DNA of 24,000 nt from Glaciecola sp. (GTDB taxonomy: Bacteria; Pseudomonadota; Gammaproteobacteria; Enterobacterales; Alteromonadaceae): positions 47,830 through 71,829 of the forward strand of contig JBARZY010000078.1 in assembly GCA_049650345.1 (NCBI GenBank). The letters run 5' to 3'. Numbering within the stretch: position 1 is the first letter of the stretch; each line of letters begins with the position of its first letter. Below the pieces are notes generated by a model that was not told the origin of the DNA, did not search any database, and saw only the letters and a list, made by a program, of their open reading frames with translations. Positions 18,025 to 24,000 of the stretch are shown here, piece after piece. Both the position numbers and the translations under genes were made by a program.

Positions 18025-19719
18025 ATGTTAAGTGCGAAACGCGTTATTTCTGAACGTTATCCCAACGTAGCCAACAACAAGCTGCTACATAGACCCGCTA
18101 CAGCAGTGTTAAAGCATCTATTTTGTGAGCAACAAATTAACCAATTTGCAGAGCAGTATCCACATCTAAGTAGCTTTGATTTTGTTGAACAAGTACTGGC
18201 CCATTTGTCCTTTACCTACCGCCTAAATAGCGCTCAAAAAGAGCACATTCCTGATAGTGGACGTGTAATAATTATTGCTAATCACCCAATTGGATCACTT
18301 GATGGCCTGGCCTTGGTAAAATGTGTTAAAGAGGTTCGCAGCGATGTGAAAGTGATTGCGAATGAATTGCTAATGGAAATTGAGCCACTGCATGAGATAT
18401 TGCTACCTGTTAACAACATGCAGGGCAACACACCAAAGCAAAACCTACAAAACATTAGTAAGCACCTTGAGTCAGAAGGTGCGGTAATAGTATTTCCTGC
18501 AGGCGAAGTATCAAGATTGCGACCTCAAGGTGTGCGAGACACAAAGTGGCACAGTGGTTTTTTGCGAATAGCAAAAAGTAACAAATGCCCTATTGTACCT
18601 ATTTATATTAATGCAAAAAATTCAGCCTTATTTTATGGGGTGTCTATGCTGTACAAACCCGCTGCCACGGCTTTGTTAGTAAAAGAAATGTTTCATCAAA
18701 AAAACAAACATATTGATATGACAATTGGCGAGCTGATTCCGTATTCGTCATTTGCTGCCATGCCCCTTAATGTTAAAGAACAAGTAAAACTGTTTAAAAA
18801 GCATTTGTATCAAATAGGCAAAAACAAAGATGGCGTGTTTCAAACCCAGCGTCCAATTGCCCCACCAGAGGAGCGTCGTGAGTTATATAAAGCACTTAAA
18901 AACGAATGTGAGTTGTTAGGTGAAAGCGCTGATGAAAAGCTGATTTATTTATATAAACATACCTCTAGCTCGCCTATTATGCGTGAGTTAGGACGATTAA
19001 GAGAAGTCACATTTAGAGCGGTTGGTGAAGGTACTAATGAGCGTCGTGACGTAGACAAATACGACAAGTCTTATTTTCATCTAATTTTGTGGGACAAAAA
19101 TGAGTTAGAAATTGCCGGTGCTTATCGATTTGCTGACGCAAAAGCCCTGCATGAGCAAAACAAAAGTTTGTACTCTGAAACATTGTTTGATTACAACGAA
19201 TCTATGCATGAGTACTTTGCAGCTGGTTTAGAGCTAGGCAGAAGCTTTGTGCAACAAAAATATTGGGGAAAACGCAGCCTAGATTACTTATGGATAGGCA
19301 TTGGTGCGTTTATTCGGAAACACCCCCAATATCGATACTTATTTGGACCCGTTACGTTGAGCGCGCAACTGCCTAAAGCGGCTGTTGATTTAATCACGCA
19401 GTTTTTCTTGCACTTTTTTCCAGACAACGATCATATTGCGAACGCCAAGCTACCCTATATAACAACGCTTAACGAACAACATCCTTTTGTAAACATCGAG
19501 TACAAAGAAGCACAAGTGCTATTGAAAAGTAGCTTGGCTTCCCTCAACGTTAGCTTGCCTACCTTGTATAAGCAGTACGGTGAACTATGTGAAAATAATG
19601 GGGTAAGATTTACTGCGTTTAATATTGACCCTGACTTTCAAGACTGTATTGACGGATTAGTGATGGTAGATTTGCAAAAGTTAAAGCCCAAAAAACGTAA
19701 ACGTTATTTGGGCAATTAA
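18025..19719 (+). CDS. Two-domain acyltransferase with an N-terminal PlsC-like lysophospholipid acyltransferase domain and a C-terminal GNAT/OlsB-like N-acyltransferase domain (OlsF-like aminolipid synthase candidate)
   Basis: The N-terminal half has IIANHPIGSLDG (an acyltransferase His...Asp block) and VIVFPAGEVSR (an FPEG-type block). The C-terminal half has RELGRLREVTFRAVGEG and LELGRSFVQQKYW, typical of the COG3176 'putative hemolysin'/OlsB-like GNAT family. Confidence 0.7.
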   Translation: MLSAKRVISERYPNVANNKLLHRPATAVLKHLFCEQQINQFAEQYPHLSSFDFVEQVLAHLSFTYRLNSAQKEHIPDSGRVIIIANHPIGSLDGLALVKCVKEVRSDVKVIANELLMEIEPLHEILLPVNNMQGNTPKQNLQNISKHLESEGAVIVFPAGEVSRLRPQGVRDTKWHSGFLRIAKSNKCPIVPIYINAKNSALFYGVSMLYKPAATALLVKEMFHQKNKHIDMTIGELIPYSSFAAMPLNVKEQVKLFKKHLYQIGKNKDGVFQTQRPIAPPEERRELYKALKNECELLGESADEKLIYLYKHTSSSPIMRELGRLREVTFRAVGEGTNERRDVDKYDKSYFHLILWDKNELEIAGAYRFADAKALHEQNKSLYSETLFDYNESMHEYFAAGLELGRSFVQQKYWGKRSLDYLWIGIGAFIRKHPQYRYLFGPVTLSAQLPKAAVDLITQFFLHFFPDNDHIANAKLPYITTLNEQHPFVNIEYKEAQVLLKSSLASLNVSLPTLYKQYGELCENNGVRFTAFNIDPDFQDCIDGLVMVDLQKLKPKKRKRYLGN

Positions 19720-19730
19720 TAAGAGGGGTA

Positions 19731-20492
19731 TTAAGCTAACATGCCGCCATCAACAACAACGCTAGCGCCAGTGGTATAGCTAGAGGCATCAGACACCAAA
19801 TACAGCACGGTTCCAGCCATTTCATCTGGGTCAGCTACGCGTCCCAACGGAATAACTTTTAATGCCGTTTTTAGAATATTGTCGTTAGTTGTTAATGCCG
19901 ACGCAAATTTAGTGTCAGTTAAACCTGGTAGTAAAGCATTTACTCTAATATTTAGCTTGCCGCACTCTTTTGCAAACGATTGCGTCATGCTAATTACTGC
20001 CGCTTTAGTAATAGAATAAATACCTTGCATGTCTCCTGGCGAAATACCATTAACCGATGCTGTATTAAGTATTACGCCACCACCCTGTTCTTTCATCATG
20101 TTGCCTGCTGCAATTGACATAAAGAAATAACCGCGGATATTTACATCAACAGTTTTGCTGTAAGCGGCTAGGTCAGTATCTAGTATATGGCCAAAGTAAG
20201 GATTAGCCGCGGCATTGTTGACTAAAATGTCAATGCGCCCATGGGTGTCTTTAATATGTGTAAAAATAGCATCAATTTGTGACATTTCACCCACATGACA
20301 AGGAAACGCAGATGCCTTTCCGCCATCAGCAACAATGCTATCAGCAACTGCTTGGCAAGCATCAATTTTCCGGCTAGACACAATTACATGTGCTCCCCTA
20401 GCAGCCAGTAAACGCGCTATAGACTCGCCAATACCGCGACTCGCGCCAGTGACTAGGGCAATTTTTCCTGTTAAATCAAATAAGTCTTTCAT
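19731..20492 (-). CDS. SDR family oxidoreductase (classical short-chain dehydrogenase/reductase)
   Basis: It has TGASRGIG (cofactor-binding TGxxxGIG), NNAA, and the S...YSITK catalytic Ser/YxxxK. It is the last gene of the minus-strand operon, with AAGGA upstream of the ATG. Confidence 0.88.
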   Translation of the reverse strand: MKDLFDLTGKIALVTGASRGIGESIARLLAARGAHVIVSSRKIDACQAVADSIVADGGKASAFPCHVGEMSQIDAIFTHIKDTHGRIDILVNNAAANPYFGHILDTDLAAYSKTVDVNIRGYFFMSIAAGNMMKEQGGGVILNTASVNGISPGDMQGIYSITKAAVISMTQSFAKECGKLNIRVNALLPGLTDTKFASALTTNDNILKTALKVIPLGRVADPDEMAGTVLYLVSDASSYTTGASVVVDGGMLA

Positions 20493-20513
20493 TTTGTTAT
20501 CCTTATATAATGT

Positions 20514-21281
20514 TTACGCCAGCATGCCGCCGTCAATGGTAAAGGCATGGCCATTCATAAAGCTGCTTTCATCACTGGCCAACCAGGCTATGGCACCAGA
20601 AATTTCTTCCACTTTGCCTAAACGCTTTTTGGGACTCGCTTTAATAATGGCGTTTTGGCTACGCTCGTCTAGTTTAGCTAAAGTGTTTTGCACCATAGGT
20701 GTATCAATAAAGCTTGGACACACTGCATTAAAGCGCATGTTTGCGCGCGCATATTCAATGGCAGCGGTTTTTGTTAGGCCCATTACGCCATGCTTTGATG
20801 CACTGTATGCAGAGATACCTGGTGAAGAGCGTAAACCCGCTACCGACGCTACATTAATTACATTACCGCCGCCTTGTGGTGCCATTATGCCAATTGCTGC
20901 GCGCATACAATGCCACACGCCTTTCAAGTTAACCGCAATGTTACTGTCAAAGTCGTCATCACTGAGTTCATGCATAGGCGCAGGTTTATGATCAATACCG
21001 GCGTTGTTTACTACTACGTCAAGGCCACCAAGCGTATTAGCAGCAAAACCAAAAAGTGCTCTAACTTGATCAGCCTGAGTCACATCTACCTTGTGAAAGG
21101 TTAAATCATGACCTTTGTCGGTCGCCTCTTTCACCAAACTATTACCTTGTTCTTCTGACAAGTCGCCAATAACCACTTTTGCCCCGCGACTTGCTAGTAA
21201 CATCGCGCTGGCGGCTCCAATACCCGATGCCCCGCCTGTAATAAGGATGCGTTTACCATTTACATTTGCTGCTGGATTCAT
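20514..21281 (-). CDS. SDR family oxidoreductase
   Basis: It has TGGASGIG, NNAG and the YSASK catalytic motif. The preferred start is the ATG at 21281, which has AGGAG 7 nt upstream, rather than the GTG at 21287 that overlaps the upstream stop. Confidence 0.88.
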   Translation of the reverse strand: MNPAANVNGKRILITGGASGIGAASAMLLASRGAKVVIGDLSEEQGNSLVKEATDKGHDLTFHKVDVTQADQVRALFGFAANTLGGLDVVVNNAGIDHKPAPMHELSDDDFDSNIAVNLKGVWHCMRAAIGIMAPQGGGNVINVASVAGLRSSPGISAYSASKHGVMGLTKTAAIEYARANMRFNAVCPSFIDTPMVQNTLAKLDERSQNAIIKASPKKRLGKVEEISGAIAWLASDESSFMNGHAFTIDGGMLA

Positions 21282-21283
21282 TT

Positions 21284-22288
21284 TCACTCTCCTACTTTAA
21301 GCACAAGTTTGCCAAAATTCTCACCCTTAAATAGCATCATTAAGGTATTTGGAAAGGTTTCGATGCCATCAACAACATGTTCTTTCACGACCATATCGCC
21401 AGCTTGAATCCACGTCGCAATGTCTTTCATTGCAGTGGGGTATTCTTTTATGTTGTCAAAAACAACGATGCCTTCCATTCGTGCTCGGTTAACCAATAAT
21501 GATAAATAGTTTGATGGTCCTTTTACCGCAGTAGTATTGTTGTATTGACTAATTGCGCCACATATTACAATTCGCGCGCGAAAGTTTATTTGCGTTAAAA
21601 CATCGTCAAGAATGTCACCACCCACATTATCGAAAAATACATCAACCCCTTTTGGACAGGTTTGCTTTAGGGCTTTTTTAACGTCTTCATTTTTGTAATC
21701 AATCGCGGCGTCAAAGCCCAGTTCATCAATTAAGAATTGGCATTTTTCTTTACCCCCAGCTATACCTACTACGCGACAGCCTTTAATGCGCGCAATTTGG
21801 CCAACCAAGCCACCAACAGCCCCAGCAGCGCCTGATACAACCACCGTTTCTCCTGCTTTTGGCTCGCCACTTTTTAGAAGACCAAAATAGCCTGTCATGC
21901 CGGGCATACCCAACACACCCAAATAATAAGACAGCGGTGCTAAACGCGCGTCAACTTTGTGTAAGCCCGTACCATCACTAATAGCGTAGCTTTGCACACC
22001 GTTGTAGCCACATACACAGTCGCCTTCAGCGAAGTCTGGATGATTACTTTGCACTACATGACCCACCGTACCGGCACGCATTACGTCACCAATTTGTACG
22101 GGTTCGATATATGATTTTGCATCATTTAACCAACCGCGCATTGCAGGATCTAGCGACACATATTCAACCTTAATCAGTAATTCACCGTCTGCAATGTCAG
22201 GTAATGTGGTTTCGGCATAATCCCATGTATCTGCAGTAGGCTCGCCAAACGGCCTTGCTTTTAATCGCCATTGTTTTGAAACTGTCAT
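21284..22288 (-). CDS. NADP-dependent oxidoreductase of the zinc-independent MDR family (YncB/CurA / alkenal-enone reductase-like)
   Basis: The protein is 334 aa. It resembles E. coli CurA/YncB (VSLDPAMRGW, VVQSNHPDF.EGD) and has a GAAGAVG nucleotide-binding motif. AAGGAG lies immediately upstream of the ATG. Confidence 0.85.
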   Translation of the reverse strand: MTVSKQWRLKARPFGEPTADTWDYAETTLPDIADGELLIKVEYVSLDPAMRGWLNDAKSYIEPVQIGDVMRAGTVGHVVQSNHPDFAEGDCVCGYNGVQSYAISDGTGLHKVDARLAPLSYYLGVLGMPGMTGYFGLLKSGEPKAGETVVVSGAAGAVGGLVGQIARIKGCRVVGIAGGKEKCQFLIDELGFDAAIDYKNEDVKKALKQTCPKGVDVFFDNVGGDILDDVLTQINFRARIVICGAISQYNNTTAVKGPSNYLSLLVNRARMEGIVVFDNIKEYPTAMKDIATWIQAGDMVVKEHVVDGIETFPNTLMMLFKGENFGKLVLKVGE

Positions 22289-22299
22289 ATTGTTCTCCT

Positions 22300-24000
22300 T
22301 TAGAACCAGTCTGCTTGCATGTCAGTGCACACCGAGTTATTGCTGTGTAGTAACTGAAGGTCGCGCTCAATTGCGGGTAATTCCCAGTCAATGAAATACT
22401 TAGCGGCTTGTAGTTTCCCTAAGTAGTAATGTTGTTTTTGTGCATCATCGGTTTTCGCCAATAACGCTTCTGCTTTACTTGCTTGGCGCAACCAAATCCA
22501 ACTAACAACAATGGTAGAAAACACATTCATCATAGCCTGCGCGTTACCCGTAAGCGTATTTGCCTCAGCGGTGCGCATAATGTTACCTAAATGGACTAAG
22601 ACTTTATGTAGTTGCGTTAAATATGGCGTGAGTTTAGCGGCCATTGCTGCACTTTGTGCAGTTGTAATAGCGCTTAAATCTTGTTGAATTTCTTGTTGCA
22701 GTATTTGTAAGCCTAAGCCGTTACTTTGCCACAATTTTCTAAATGACAAATCAAGCGCTTGAATACCATTTGTGCCTTCATGGATGGGATTTAAGCGATT
22801 GTCACGCCAAAATTGTTCTGACATATATTCACGGGTGTAGCCTGAGCCACCCAGCACTTGAATACCTAAGTCGTTCGCTTTAGGGCCATATTCTGACGGC
22901 CATGCTTTTAGTACCGGGGTGAGTAAATCGAGCATTTCACTCAGTTCTGTCTTGCGGGTTTCGTCTTCGCAAGTATTAATACGGTCGATTAAATTAGACC
23001 CATACAAACACAACGACATACCGCCTTCGGTATACGCTTTTTGCGCTAACAACATACGCTTTACATCACCATGTAAAATAATGGGCGCTGCCTCATCTTC
23101 AGGTTTATTATTTGGAGCAACGCGTCCTTGCGTGCGGTCTTTTGCATAATCTAATGAGTATTGATAACCTCTGTAGCCAATCATGGCCGCACCAAAACCA
23201 ACGCCAATACGGGCTTCGTTCATCATCATAAACATATAACGCAAACCAAAATGCTCTTGCCCTACCAAGTAGCCATGACAATCATCGTTTTCACCAAAAC
23301 TGAGCGCTGTTGAGGTAGTACCTCGATAGCCTAACTTATGTAATAACCCAGCAAGATGCACATCGTTGCGTGGTCCAACTGACTTGTCGTCGTTTAAGCG
23401 AAATTTAGGCACAATAAATAAAGAAATTCCTTTTACGCCCGCAGGACCGCCAGGTATCTTGGCCAGTACTAAATGCACTATGTTGTCAGATAGCTCGTGC
23501 TCACCGCCCGATATATAAATTTTGCTACCTTTAATGCGGTATGTACCATCGCTTTGCTTGGTTGCTGTGGTTTTAATATCGGCTAGGCTAGACCCTGCAT
23601 GGGGCTCGGTTAGTGCCATTGTACCGGTAAAATCACCGGTTAACATACGAGGCATAAATGCTGCTTTTAGCTCATCGTTAGCAAAATGCGAAATAACATT
23701 TATTGCCGCTGCCGTAAGAAATGGATACGCTGTTGTTGATGGGTTGGCCGCCATAAAATAGCCCGAAACTGCTGTCATAACGGTTTCAGGTAACTGCATG
23801 CCGCCGTCTTCAAAGCTATACCTGCCAGCAATAAAACCCGACTCTCTAAACGCATCAAACGCGACTTTTACGTCATCAATCATGCTGACTTTCTTGCCGT
23901 CAAATTGTGGCTCATTTTTATCTGCTATGTGATTGTGAGGTAAAAATAGGTTTGCCGCCATTTTGTGTGCTGTGTCTAATACAGCATCAAATGTTTCGCG
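22300..24000 (-). CDS. Long-form acyl-CoA dehydrogenase, with the 5' end probably outside the window
   Basis: ACAD blocks are present (TEPHAGSSL, IYISGGEH, GGSGYTREY). The reading frame stays open from the ATG at 23961 to position 24000 (RETFDAVLDTAHK precedes the M), so the true start may lie beyond the window. Confidence 0.85.
   Translation of the reverse strand, partial: RETFDAVLDTAHKMAANLFLPHNHIADKNEPQFDGKKVSMIDDVKVAFDAFRESGFIAGRYSFEDGGMQLPETVMTAVSGYFMAANPSTTAYPFLTAAAINVISHFANDELKAAFMPRMLTGDFTGTMALTEPHAGSSLADIKTTATKQSDGTYRIKGSKIYISGGEHELSDNIVHLVLAKIPGGPAGVKGISLFIVPKFRLNDDKSVGPRNDVHLAGLLHKLGYRGTTSTALSFGENDDCHGYLVGQEHFGLRYMFMMMNEARIGVGFGAAMIGYRGYQYSLDYAKDRTQGRVAPNNKPEDEAAPIILHGDVKRMLLAQKAYTEGGMSLCLYGSNLIDRINTCEDETRKTELSEMLDLLTPVLKAWPSEYGPKANDLGIQVLGGSGYTREYMSEQFWRDNRLNPIHEGTNGIQALDLSFRKLWQSNGLGLQILQQEIQQDLSAITTAQSAAMAAKLTPYLTQLHKVLVHLGNIMRTAEANTLTGNAQAMMNVFSTIVVSWIWLRQASKAEALLAKTDDAQKQHYYLGKLQAAKYFIDWELPAIERDLQLLHSNNSVCTDMQADWF

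Noticed and set aside
20335-20991. 218-aa plus-strand ORF spanning the two SDR genes. Many similar antisense ORFs were noticed as well, for example 236-469, 1643-1936, 3523-3798, 4334-4618, 4618-4944, 13605-13871, 14983-15327, 22919-23149 and their mirror twins.
   Set aside because: These lie antisense to, or out of frame within, genes with strong family motifs. Their composition is low-complexity and Cys/Ser/Leu-rich, as is typical of shadow ORFs. They have no recognisable domains or ribosome-binding sites.
1-24000. CRISPR arrays, tRNA/rRNA genes, toxin-antitoxin pairs, restriction-modification systems or other defence islands
   Set aside because: There are no short direct-repeat/spacer periodicity, no cloverleaf-like or rRNA-like segments, and no small paired ORFs or nuclease/methylase/ATPase-type proteins. 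Apart from the palindrome, the gene content is ordinary metabolism.

Overview
This is AT-rich chromosomal DNA that looks gammaproteobacterial. The Alteromonadales/Pseudoalteromonas-like assignment is only an inference from protein families and composition. The genes are ordinary metabolic and envelope genes. I found no defence system, mobile element, CRISPR array, tRNA or rRNA.

The outstanding feature is structural. Positions 1-13562 form an apparently perfect palindrome with no spacer. The axis lies between 6781 and 6782, and base x pairs with base 13563-x. The left arm (1-6781) is the exact reverse complement of the right arm (6782-13562). Five complete genes are therefore present twice in mirror order: glutathione peroxidase, S9 peptidase, rhomboid/rhombosortase-like protease, enoyl-CoA hydratase and gamma-glutamyltransferase. 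The 3' end of azoR is also duplicated.

The axis falls exactly in the loop of the intrinsic terminator hairpin downstream of ggt. The left arm runs off the window edge, so the true extent of the palindrome cannot be seen. The most likely explanations are a foldback/hairpin chimera from sequencing or assembly, or a very recent snap-back inverted duplication. Long perfect palindromes are normally unstable in bacteria.

The unique part (13563-24000) encodes the following:
- azoR
- a Cys/Met-metabolism PLP enzyme
- an NRDE/TANGO2-family protein
- an AspC/TyrB-type aminotransferase
- an OlsF-like two-domain acyltransferase
- a tightly packed minus-strand operon of an acyl-CoA dehydrogenase (open at the window edge), a YncB/CurA-like reductase and two SDRs
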